Positions 16,584 to 25,477 of a DNA stretch of 64,000 nt are shown piece by piece. Each line of letters starts with the position of its first letter. The first letter of the stretch is position 1. The DNA lies in the IMG/VR virus record IMGVR_UViG_3300037473_000391; one strand, written 5' to 3'. The notes below the pieces were generated by a model. The model did no database searches, was not told the origin of the DNA, and saw nothing but the letters and a program-made list of their open reading frames with translations. The position numbers and the translations under genes are program-made. This DNA is from a virus.

Positions 16584-17780
16584 CTAGAGCGTCAGCGACT
16601 CGTAAATCCAATGGCCATCGACCACGCGCAGGCGCATGCACGCGGGGTATCCGCCGCCCCACCAGTTCGCCCCCGAGTTAACGGTGCTGGGTAGCAAGTA
16701 CGGAGAGAACACCCAGTCCTTGATCACCACATTGGTGCCGGCGAGGCGAATCTCGATTTCGGGAACTTGGTCGACACCAGCGAGCGCGAGAAAATAGATG
16801 CGCAGCTCCTGGTGCTCAAAGAGCGGCTCTTTGACGGTAAACCGCGGCGTGGTGCTCGTCAGGTTAACGGGCGTGTTCACCGACAAGGCGACATAGCTGT
16901 CGGTGTCGATGGCGATGGGGTCTTCGGTGATCGAGTTGACCGACCACGATAGTTCACCCAGCGGGCGAATGTTCTTGATGACGTTCGTGATGCGCCAGCC
17001 GCCGAGGCCGTACATCATTTCGATCGTGACATTGATCTCGCCGCCGCCCCCAACGTTGTAGCCGCCCTCAATCGCGTAGTCGCCATTCGAGAAGAACCGA
17101 AGCTGCGCGTTCGGAAGCAGTCGCTTGATGCGTAGGCGACGAACAAGGCCGCTGACTCCGGTGGGCAGGTCGAAGAACACGACACCGCCAACGCCCTCGT
17201 CCGGCCCGTACCAGTTCTCGATGGCGGGCAACGGGTTATGGTCGGGGCCTTGAACGGCGTCCGCCTCGTACATCTTGTAGAGGTCTTGCGCGTTCGATGA
17301 GCGATGCGTGCAGACCCAAACGCCGTCGATGCGTTCGATTCGGATGAGCACGAGTGTCGACGGGTCGTGGTTCGTCCACTGCCCGTGCGACATGATCGTG
17401 TTGTTCTCGTCGCGCAGGATGACGGTGACGCCGGGACCGAGGGAATCGATCATGACGTCACGCCCGACGCCGTCGCTATCGGCGGTGAATTGCAGCGTCA
17501 GATAAGCGTTCGCGCTCGAGACCCCCGTGATGAACGTGCGGTTGCTGTCGATGTTCGACACCGTCGCGCTACCACTCGTGACCGTCGGGGTGATCTTTTG
17601 CTGGTAGGCATCGCGGATGCCTTTGCCGCCGATCGTGAGCTTGCCATCGGGCGCCCACGAGCCCCCATGCTCACCCTCCAGGATGAAGGGTTGTCGGCGG
17701 TCGAGCTCGTTCCAGTGCGCTGGATCGATCGGGAGTCCGAGCGCGGCCTCCGTGTCGTTGAATTGTCGATCGAAGCTCAT
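16584..17780 (-). CDS. baseplate/fibre-associated structural protein
   Basis: Position only. Confidence 0.55.
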   Translation of the reverse strand: MSFDRQFNDTEAALGLPIDPAHWNELDRRQPFILEGEHGGSWAPDGKLTIGGKGIRDAYQQKITPTVTSGSATVSNIDSNRTFITGVSSANAYLTLQFTADSDGVGRDVMIDSLGPGVTVILRDENNTIMSHGQWTNHDPSTLVLIRIERIDGVWVCTHRSSNAQDLYKMYEADAVQGPDHNPLPAIENWYGPDEGVGGVVFFDLPTGVSGLVRRLRIKRLLPNAQLRFFSNGDYAIEGGYNVGGGGEINVTIEMMYGLGGWRITNVIKNIRPLGELSWSVNSITEDPIAIDTDSYVALSVNTPVNLTSTTPRFTVKEPLFEHQELRIYFLALAGVDQVPEIEIRLAGTNVVIKDWVFSPYLLPSTVNSGANWWGGGYPACMRLRVVDGHWIYESLTL

Positions 17781-18709
17781 AGAGAGGTTGCGCCCAAAGA
17801 GGTGGCGCCCAGGTACGACTCACCCAGCAGGAACGGGCCCGAGGTGAACGGATCGTTTTCGTCGAGCACGTACCAGCGAGCCGTGCCCTTGATGAGCCGA
17901 CGCATCAGCAGCTCGACGGAACCGCGAACAATCGGGTCGATGGCTTTGCCGTTGCGCAGGAACACGAGGTGAACCCGCTTGGTCGTCCAGTGCCGTGGAT
18001 GGTGACCGCCGACGATGAAGACGCCGGGGTCGTGAGGTTTCTTGAAGGTCGCGGTGATGGTCGCGCTGGTGCGGGCCGCGATCGTGATGACCTCGGAGCG
18101 CCCGAACGATCCCGCATCAATGACGACGCTCTGGCCTACCGAGTAGGCTTCCGAATCGCCCGCAACGAACTCGACAGGAATCCTCAGATCGCGATTGAGA
18201 TGAACGACTCCGACACTCGCGCGCATGACCCGCATGGGCGTGTCCCAGTCAGATTGGTTGCCTGCGGGGTTCGGCGCCTTCGCCTGCGCGGGTAGCTCAC
18301 TCGTTCGGACGGTCCGATAACCGACGAAGTCGTCGCCGAGGAACTCTTGCAGCGTCTGGTGAATGGTGGAGACGCGACCGTTCAGGTTCAGGCGCTTGAG
18401 CGCATAGAGCAGCTCTCGGCGATACCGCTTGGTCGTCCCGCGAAACGGTGTGATGCCGTTCTCTTGCTCGTGCAGTTCAAGGAACTGGCTGGTCGTAAGC
18501 GGATGCAGCTCAGCGTGCGCCTTCTCGACCATGAGGCGCGCGGATGCCGCGAGCATGGCATTGGCGTAGAGCTCGCCGAGTAGGTTCTCGTCCGCGAAGT
18601 TCTTGTCGTAACCGATGGCCTCTAGCGACGCCTGATAGATGCGACGCCCGAGTGGCTCACCGGGATGTGCTCCGTGCCCGAAGGGCGCGAAGCGCGTGAA
18701 CTTCTTCAT
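17777..18709 (-). CDS. baseplate wedge protein (Mu gp48 / DUF2313-like)
   Basis: The segment LGELYANAMLAASARLMVEKAHAELHPLTTSQFLELHEQENGITP matches my recollection of the DUF2313 pattern. It lies downstream of the J-like gene. Confidence 0.5.
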   Translation of the reverse strand: MKKFTRFAPFGHGAHPGEPLGRRIYQASLEAIGYDKNFADENLLGELYANAMLAASARLMVEKAHAELHPLTTSQFLELHEQENGITPFRGTTKRYRRELLYALKRLNLNGRVSTIHQTLQEFLGDDFVGYRTVRTSELPAQAKAPNPAGNQSDWDTPMRVMRASVGVVHLNRDLRIPVEFVAGDSEAYSVGQSVVIDAGSFGRSEVITIAARTSATITATFKKPHDPGVFIVGGHHPRHWTTKRVHLVFLRNGKAIDPIVRGSVELLMRRLIKGTARWYVLDENDPFTSGPFLLGESYLGATSLGATSL

Positions 18710-19191
18710 CCGAGTTCGACGATGAAAGGCAAGTCAGCGGCCGCGTTCGACATGTTCACCACGCGCACGCGCACGCCGTTTGAGATGAGCTCCGCGACGG
18801 CGACGCCAGGGGTCGTGCCCGTGACGTTGGCTTTCGGATCGTTGAGCGACGGCGGGAAGCTGTTGGCGGGCCAAACCAGTGACACGTCACCCGTTCCGTT
18901 GGGCACCGGAACAATCGTTACCGGACTCGTGCGGGGCTGCGTTGAGCTGAAGACGTTGGGGGTGCCGCTCGAGAAATGCACCGTGACCTTCAGGGTCGCA
19001 CCCATGCGCGCGAGCTTCTCGACGACGCCGCACATCTCGTTGCAACCGTCAGCGGGCCACTCGTGGATGGGGTCGACGGGCTCACCGGGAAAGTCCTGGT
19101 ACTGGTCGGACCCGAGATCATCGATTGACGGCCGATGCGGCGCGATGTTGTTGGGCGCGTCGCCGTCGTAGCAGAGGTATGAGATCGGCAT
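18706..19191 (-). CDS. hypothetical baseplate-module protein
   Basis: Coupled by overlaps on both sides. Confidence 0.5.
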   Translation of the reverse strand: MPISYLCYDGDAPNNIAPHRPSIDDLGSDQYQDFPGEPVDPIHEWPADGCNEMCGVVEKLARMGATLKVTVHFSSGTPNVFSSTQPRTSPVTIVPVPNGTGDVSLVWPANSFPPSLNDPKANVTGTTPGVAVAELISNGVRVRVVNMSNAAADLPFIVELG

Positions 19192-20690
19192 TACGTCTTC
19201 GGGTGAACAACGAGGTCGCCAAGCGCTACGACGTAGGCGGCTACCCCTGGGGCTCCGTTGGGGGCCGTGGCGCCCGCTCCAAGCACGACCGAGTGATCGA
19301 ATACTTGCGGTACCCGCGAGGTCGAGACGGCTGCTTCGAGCGCGTCTTCCGTCAGCCTGTAGGGCCAGTTCGCAGGCGCGAATGGCGTTCGCTTGCGGCG
19401 GTTACCGTCGAGCGGGTTGATGGCGATGAGTTCGCCGGGGCCCAGCTGATCGAACACACCGAGCACGCTGTCGGCGACGGCCTGCAGGGAGTCGGACCAC
19501 GGAGAGATGCGTTGACCAACGAACGGGACATAGTTCTCGTCGGAGACGCGATTGGTCGTGTCGATCGTGATGTCCCAGGGGCCCGATCCCGACACCGACA
19601 GAATGCGTTTCTGAACGAACGTGCTGGTGGTTTTATCGAACAGCGCGATGCGCTTGCCAGCGCTCGGGGCCGTTATCCCGGAGTACGAACCCGCGATCGC
19701 GCCGACCGAAAAGTTCAGCGCGTCGGTCGCGCTCTTGACAACGATCCCCTGGCTGCCCTCGTAGAACCGAGGCCACGGCGCCGCGCTTGCCCAGCCGCCT
19801 CCGCCTGCCTGCCAGTCGATCTTGTACGCGACCGTGACGGGGTAGTCGACCCACGCGGTCATCAGCACTGAGTCGTCGGCGCCGAATGCGTATTCGAGAC
19901 CCGCGCCAACCCGGCGGAGCTGCTGCCCGGTTGGCGCTCGAGATCCACCCCGACGCGTCGGGTAAACCGCGAACGTGACGCCCATGGTTCCAGCGCCCAG
20001 GATCGCGGGATAGGTGAACGCCTGTTGGACAGGAACACCAAGCTTGCGGGCTTCCGAGCGATAGTGCGCGTCATTCTCGGCTCCCGGCGGATTGGCGAGC
20101 TTGTCGAGGATGGCGGCCTGGTGCTCGGCAGGCGACGCGGCATCGCGTCCACCGGAGAGACCTTCGCCGTCCTGATCGACCACGATGGCGAGCGGCCCAA
20201 TACCCGCGGGCGGGTTCTCCCATTGCAGACGTGTGCCCGCCGGTAGATTGGTCTCGCGTCCCGTGTCCCAGGAGCTGATCGCGACATACTCGCCGTCGAA
20301 GTAGCGACTGGTAACCTGCGAGACAAAGCGTGGGCCATTCGTCTGCCCCTTGACCGTGAGGAACGTGCCTTCTTGGATCTCTCCACCACCGACGCTCGCG
20401 CTGATCTTGACGAACCCGAGCGAGCCGGTTGCGGGCGAGGCCTCAACGCCTTCGATGTCGCCCCAGAACTCAATGTCAGTGCCGACCGCCGTGGACGGGA
20501 ACGCCCCTTGGGTTACGCGCCGCGCTTGCGCGATGATCTGCAGCTGGATGTCGGCTTGGACGTTCGCCTGGATCCACGGCTCACCCCCCTCCGACACGTC
20601 AATCAACGGATTGGCGACGCGGCGGAATTGGAGGTATTGCTCGACGAGCTCGGCGCGCGTCGGGATTGCAAGTTCGGGCGGTAGCGTCAT
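19191..20690 (-). CDS. baseplate J-like protein (Mu gp47 / P2 gpJ equivalent)
   Basis: Size, position and the N-terminal pattern, including AFPSTAVGTDIEFWGDIEGV...ATGSLGFVKIS. Confidence 0.65.
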   Translation of the reverse strand: MTLPPELAIPTRAELVEQYLQFRRVANPLIDVSEGGEPWIQANVQADIQLQIIAQARRVTQGAFPSTAVGTDIEFWGDIEGVEASPATGSLGFVKISASVGGGEIQEGTFLTVKGQTNGPRFVSQVTSRYFDGEYVAISSWDTGRETNLPAGTRLQWENPPAGIGPLAIVVDQDGEGLSGGRDAASPAEHQAAILDKLANPPGAENDAHYRSEARKLGVPVQQAFTYPAILGAGTMGVTFAVYPTRRGGSRAPTGQQLRRVGAGLEYAFGADDSVLMTAWVDYPVTVAYKIDWQAGGGGWASAAPWPRFYEGSQGIVVKSATDALNFSVGAIAGSYSGITAPSAGKRIALFDKTTSTFVQKRILSVSGSGPWDITIDTTNRVSDENYVPFVGQRISPWSDSLQAVADSVLGVFDQLGPGELIAINPLDGNRRKRTPFAPANWPYRLTEDALEAAVSTSRVPQVFDHSVVLGAGATAPNGAPGVAAYVVALGDLVVHPKT

Positions 20691-21127
20691 ACCTCAACGG
20701 GCCTGCGCTGCGACGTCAGCAGGTTCGTGTAATCGACACGGATTAACGTCGCGTAGTTCTTCGCCTCGACGTCGATGGCGTGGATCTCGATCTCTTTGGA
20801 AGCAACACGAGGCGCCAGCAGTGCACCAATGTCGCTCGTCACTTTCGCGACATGGTTGGCGTTGATATACTTGTAGCGAAGCGCCGGGTTACCAACTGTC
20901 GAAGCCGATGGGATGGATCCGCGCACGAACATGAGCTGCTGGACAACCCACTGATCGACAGGATGATCCTCGACGTATTGACCGTCGATGTTGACGACGT
21001 ACGCCTTTGCCGCTGGGTCGTAGCGCTTTGCCGCAATGGGCTTGAGCGCGTAGCGAGGCGGGATCTGTACGACGTCGAGGCCCGCGCGAGCTACGCCCGC
21101 GGGGTCAACGCCAACACCGTTGGCCAT
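20687..21127 (-). CDS. baseplate W/gp25-like protein
   Basis: 146 aa, in the position of Mu gp46. MFVRGSIPSASTVGN resembles the gp25 core. Confidence 0.45.
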   Translation of the reverse strand: MANGVGVDPAGVARAGLDVVQIPPRYALKPIAAKRYDPAAKAYVVNIDGQYVEDHPVDQWVVQQLMFVRGSIPSASTVGNPALRYKYINANHVAKVTSDIGALLAPRVASKEIEIHAIDVEAKNYATLIRVDYTNLLTSQRRPVEV

Positions 21128-21128
21128 T

Positions 21129-21506
21129 TCAGTCTAGGAGGCAGCGCGGAACCGGTAACTTGGGACGGAACGGAATATCGATGAGCAGGAACGCGAGCAG
21201 GTCAGCAAGCGACGGCTCTTTGATCTCGATGGGCTTGAGCCCGAAGTTCAGATCGAAACCCTCCAGCTTGCGCGGTAGCCCAAAGCGCGGTCCCTTGGGC
21301 GGCTCAACGGAGAGGAACGCGAGCAGATCGGCTAGGGTGAACTCGTCGAGTTCGAACTCGGTCTCTACATTCAGGTTGATGTCGATCGAATCGAACGAGC
21401 GCAGCCGCTTGAAGCGCGGCGCTTTTAGGATCTTCGCCAGGAATGCGAGCAGGTCACCGAGATCGAACTCATGGATCGCCGTCAGCGCGAATGAGCAGTT
21501 CGACAC
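21129..21506 (-). CDS. hypothetical protein with three LxDLLAFL repeats
   Basis: Three units of about 40 aa, each containing (G/A)DLLAFL followed by P(R/K)F. Confidence 0.5.
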   Translation of the reverse strand: MSNCSFALTAIHEFDLGDLLAFLAKILKAPRFKRLRSFDSIDINLNVETEFELDEFTLADLLAFLSVEPPKGPRFGLPRKLEGFDLNFGLKPIEIKEPSLADLLAFLLIDIPFRPKLPVPRCLLD

Positions 21507-21507
21507 G

Positions 21508-22155
21508 CTAGACCACGTTCACGTAACAGAAGTCTTCGATGACATCGACCGTGTTGGCCGGGATGGCGTTGCCGCGGCATCCGTTCCAAATCTGTAAACC
21601 TGGAACAACGAACCCGGGGTAGAAGCCTTGTGCCACGAATGTGGTACCGATTGCGCCCGTGAGGAACAACTCGGTCATGGCCTTCGGGATCGTTTGCCCG
21701 ACGAAGCGGATTCCGACCCAAACGGTCAGGTTCGGGTTCGCGACCTTGAGCTTGGCGTACCAGCGGTAATGAAACGTCGCCTTGCGGATGTCGCTGCCCA
21801 GGTAGTTGATCGGCCCCGTATCGGTCGCGCCGATCGAGAACAGCGACGTCGCCCACTGGTTACCGCGCTGGGCGACCGGAGCATCCAGCGACGACATGGT
21901 GTCGGCGCTGATCGCGGTCGTCTGCGTGAACTTTGGGTTCGGGATGGCCCCCGAGAAGCTCGTGGGGATGATCGCGAAGCCGGCGAACTGCTGGTCTACG
22001 ATTAACGTTCTGTCGGCAGAGAGATCGCCGCCGCCAGAGAGACCGAAGCCGCTGATGATTTGGCGGGACTGCTGGACGTATGTGGGTAACGCCCCAGCGC
22101 TTTGGTTCTGCGGCCTCGTTGGTCGACGCCCAGGAGGAGGAAGTCCTCCCGTCAA
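21508..22155 (-). CDS. tail-fibre-like protein
   Basis: Proposed TTG start in a TTGA overlap; the start is uncertain. The motif SRQIISGFGLSGGGDLSADRTLIVD is common in phage fibre proteins. Confidence 0.45.
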   Translation of the reverse strand: MTGGLPPPGRRPTRPQNQSAGALPTYVQQSRQIISGFGLSGGGDLSADRTLIVDQQFAGFAIIPTSFSGAIPNPKFTQTTAISADTMSSLDAPVAQRGNQWATSLFSIGATDTGPINYLGSDIRKATFHYRWYAKLKVANPNLTVWVGIRFVGQTIPKAMTELFLTGAIGTTFVAQGFYPGFVVPGLQIWNGCRGNAIPANTVDVIEDFCYVNVV

Positions 22156-23000
22156 GAACCCCTCGTTACATTCGTTTGGGCAACTGCTGCAGCGTCCGCT
22201 GCCAGCGGCACGTTCGTCCCCAACAAGGTGGCTATATCTGCGAGCGACGCTGCGAGCACAGGGGCCGTTGGCGCGACCTGCAGCTTGGCTAGCGAGACCT
22301 GAATCTGTGTCAGGCAAGCCAGGACATTGGTCGCAAACGTCGCAAACTCCGGCCCCTTCGTCAGCGTAACGCCGCCGGGAGTGGACAGCCCGCCCATCTG
22401 CGTGATCGGGCCCTTCAAGACGATCCCGTCGTCGCTGACTTGGATGTAGTTCGTGCCGTTCGGACACTTCAGCACGATCGAGCCATCGAACATGCTGATG
22501 AGCGACCCGTCGGGATGACGGAACTCGATGACGTTTTCTCCGCCGCCGTCGACTCCGAGCGTGACGGCTAGGACGCTGTCTTTCCCGCCGTCCTTCGCGG
22601 GTCGGTAGAACTGCCAGGTCCCATCATCGCCAGAGATGAACGCGAACGACGCCTTCCAGTTCTTTGGGTCGTCCGCCGGGTGAAACCCCGCGTACTGCAT
22701 GGCGCTGCCCTTCGGAGGCAGCGGGATCAGTCCGATGAATCGCGGGTCGTAACCGAGCTGCCCGATGTACGTCGAGCCATCGGAGGCGACGAGCAACGTG
22801 CACCACGCGTCCCCAACGCCGTTGTTCCCAGGCGCCGGGTCATGCGGGCGCGCGTACGTGCCGTACTGGTGCTGACAATAGAACGGGGCCGAGCCTTCAC
22901 CGCCGTACGCGTTCTCTTGAACGAGCGGGTGACCGTCTTCGTCGCGACCACTCCACGTTACCGCCGAGACGTCCCACCGGAGACCTTGGAACGCAACCAC
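22152..23000 (-). CDS. baseplate central spike (gpV / Mu gp45-like)
   Basis: Position, plus beta-helix-like repeats such as VIEFRHPDGSLISMFDGSIVLKCPNGTNYIQVSDDGIVLKG. Confidence 0.6.
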   Translation of the reverse strand: MVAFQGLRWDVSAVTWSGRDEDGHPLVQENAYGGEGSAPFYCQHQYGTYARPHDPAPGNNGVGDAWCTLLVASDGSTYIGQLGYDPRFIGLIPLPPKGSAMQYAGFHPADDPKNWKASFAFISGDDGTWQFYRPAKDGGKDSVLAVTLGVDGGGENVIEFRHPDGSLISMFDGSIVLKCPNGTNYIQVSDDGIVLKGPITQMGGLSTPGGVTLTKGPEFATFATNVLACLTQIQVSLAKLQVAPTAPVLAASLADIATLLGTNVPLAADAAAVAQTNVTRGS

Positions 23001-24454
23001 TACTTCTTCCTCGTGTAGATTTGGCTGGTCTGTTGGTTAACGCCGTGCAGCTCCGACCGCAGATCCGCCATGCTGGCAAAAGGATCTTTGTTCGACGGGT
23101 GCTTCCAGTTCTTGTCCAAGCCCGGAGCCGGCCCGAACAAGTCCGTGCCTATGCCTGGGATGAACACCCCGTCGCGCCGCTGAACGTTGATACCGACCGG
23201 CTTCAACTTCTCACCCGTAGCCTTCTTGCTCGATGCCGCGACTTCGTTCTGAAAGAACACATCCTCGAGCCTGAGGACTTGGATCTCTGTGCGCGTCTCG
23301 TTGCCTTGACCCGTCAGCGTAACGCCCTCGACGTAGAGGGGGCCGTAGACGCCGAGGTCATCGTCCTGCACGTCCAGCACGGTGTCGGGCATGACCGTGA
23401 TGTCGGCGTTGGCATTGATCTCGGGGAGCGAGTGGCCTTTGATCGTGTAGCTGAGGCGCCATCCCGCGCGGCGCTCTTCAGCGATCTCGCGACGAGCCAG
23501 GTTCTGTGCCTGCTCCTTCGACTTGCATTCCTTGTCGCGGATCGACTTGACGAGCGTTATCTTGCCGCCGTTCGCTCGATCTGCTTCCAGTGGGTTCAGG
23601 TACGCAACCATCTCGTCGTCGACGAAGTGGCCGTCGAAGCTGTCGCTTCCGTCTTTGCCGGCGCTGCTCGCGCCGTAGACGCGGCACTCTGAATGCCGCT
23701 GCGTCGTGTCGTTGTCGAACGAGTGTTCTTCGATGTTGGCAAACTCGTCGGTGCGGACCAGGCGATAGAGCGCCGACTGCGTGACGTTCGGGCTTGCGAG
23801 CACGAGCGTGCCGTCTGAGCCGCACCAGAGGAACAGGCCAACGCGTCGCAGTTGCTTGACGACGAAGTCCCACCAGCGCTCGCCGACCTCGGCGCGAACT
23901 GAGTTGCGGACCTTGCGGGATGCCCGCTTGTCACTGGGTCCAATGTCTTCCTCGACGAACTCGACGTCGTCCTTGGCGAGCTCTTCGCCCGAGTGGCTGC
24001 CTGTGATGGCTTTGCGGTTGGCCGCGTTGTTGAGACTGAAGAGCAGGAACTCTTCGACGCCGAAGCGCTCGGCCATGGCGTTGAGTCCGGACTTCTCGAT
24101 CGCCATCTCGACGAGCTGGCGGTACGTCACCTCGGTGAACGACAGCTTCTTGTCGAGCTCGGTGTCGACGAGTTTTTGCAGGGGATCGCGTCCGCTCAGC
24201 ACGATCTCCGTCTTGCTGTGCGACGTGGCTTGCCTGAAGCCGTCGGTCAGTCCGATCTGGATGCAGCGACCGTTGAGGAAGACCTCGTACTTGGTCTTCG
24301 GAGGGAAGCGCTCAGCGAGCGCACGGAACTTGTAGGGTCGGCCAATCGTGCAGGTGAACGATCCGGGCTGCTCGAAGATGCCGAGGCGTACCGAGTAGCT
24401 CGTGATGTCGATGACCTCTTCGCCGCCCAAGCGAATCGAGAGAACCTCGTCCAC
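23000..24454 (-). CDS. baseplate hub (Mu gp44 / P2 gpD-like)
   Basis: Size and its position between the DNA-circulation-like gene and the spike gene. Confidence 0.6.
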   Translation of the reverse strand: MDEVLSIRLGGEEVIDITSYSVRLGIFEQPGSFTCTIGRPYKFRALAERFPPKTKYEVFLNGRCIQIGLTDGFRQATSHSKTEIVLSGRDPLQKLVDTELDKKLSFTEVTYRQLVEMAIEKSGLNAMAERFGVEEFLLFSLNNAANRKAITGSHSGEELAKDDVEFVEEDIGPSDKRASRKVRNSVRAEVGERWWDFVVKQLRRVGLFLWCGSDGTLVLASPNVTQSALYRLVRTDEFANIEEHSFDNDTTQRHSECRVYGASSAGKDGSDSFDGHFVDDEMVAYLNPLEADRANGGKITLVKSIRDKECKSKEQAQNLARREIAEERRAGWRLSYTIKGHSLPEINANADITVMPDTVLDVQDDDLGVYGPLYVEGVTLTGQGNETRTEIQVLRLEDVFFQNEVAASSKKATGEKLKPVGINVQRRDGVFIPGIGTDLFGPAPGLDKNWKHPSNKDPFASMADLRSELHGVNQQTSQIYTRKK

Positions 24455-25389
24455 TACGCCGCCTCTTGCAGGTACGTCACGCTCGTCCCCGCTGGGATCG
24501 CCATCGCGTCAGGGAAGTCGTTGAGCCCAAGGAGATCCCGCGCGCGCGTCGTGTCGCCGTAGATCGCGTACGAGACTTGCGAGACCGAACTCGTGCGCGT
24601 GACCCGGTAGGTGCGAATCTCCGTGCCGGCGGGCTTATCGTTGGCGAGCTGCAGTGTCGCGGACCACAGGGCTTTCAGCGCGTACACGAACTCGAAGTTC
24701 ATGGGGTCGTTGAGCCACGCGCCGCGGTCCGCTTCTTCGAGCAGGTTCGTCAGAGAATCGATCTTGCTGGCGAGCAGTTCACTCGCGAGGTTCAACTGAT
24801 CGCGGATGCCCAGGATCGCGTTTGCGACGGCCGAGATTTGATCGAAGACGTCGAACGCCTTCTTCTTCTGCAGACCCTTCAGATCGACGGGCGCGAACGC
24901 GGGGTCGGGGTGATTGTCCGAGACGAACTTGGTCCACTTGGCGGTTGCGTCTGCAAAGCCCGCTTGCGTGGCTTGTGTGGTCGTTACCGGCAGGAAGCGG
25001 TTGCCGTCGTCCTCGAGGAACGAAAGCGAAACCTCAGCGCTCGTAGGGCGGCCACCGGGGAACTGTTGATCTTGGTCCCACTCGCTGATGCGGCAGAGCA
25101 CGCGCCCGATGTCGGGCAGTGCGAGCGTGCCGACCTTGCGGGACTCGTACAGGGCTCGCAGTTGCGAGACCGTGTCGGGATAGAGGGCGGGTCGATAACG
25201 CGGGTCCGTCGTGAACGTCGCGTTTACCCGGAACGAGTAGAGTCCACGGCCATGATCTTCGATCTTGCCGCCTCGGATCCAACGGTACTCGTGGATCGAG
25301 ATGCGGCCGTTCGAACTGATCGACAGGCGAGTCGCCGGTATGACCCAGTCGTCAAACGTGATGCCGGGGCCGGCTAGAACGAGGGCCAT
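24454..25389 (-). CDS. DNA circulation protein-like (Mu gp43-like)
   Basis: N-terminal ISIHEYRWIRGGKIEDHGRGLYSFRVNATF matches the HEY...EDxGR pattern. It lies immediately after the tape measure. Confidence 0.6.
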   Translation of the reverse strand: MALVLAGPGITFDDWVIPATRLSISSNGRISIHEYRWIRGGKIEDHGRGLYSFRVNATFTTDPRYRPALYPDTVSQLRALYESRKVGTLALPDIGRVLCRISEWDQDQQFPGGRPTSAEVSLSFLEDDGNRFLPVTTTQATQAGFADATAKWTKFVSDNHPDPAFAPVDLKGLQKKKAFDVFDQISAVANAILGIRDQLNLASELLASKIDSLTNLLEEADRGAWLNDPMNFEFVYALKALWSATLQLANDKPAGTEIRTYRVTRTSSVSQVSYAIYGDTTRARDLLGLNDFPDAMAIPAGTSVTYLQEAA

Positions 25390-25477
25390 GAAGAGAACGC
25401 GCGCCGGTAACCCGGTGCCAGAATAGGTGCGCTGAGGTGCCGGAGGAGGAGAGCGCCACCGGCCGGCTCAGCGCGGA

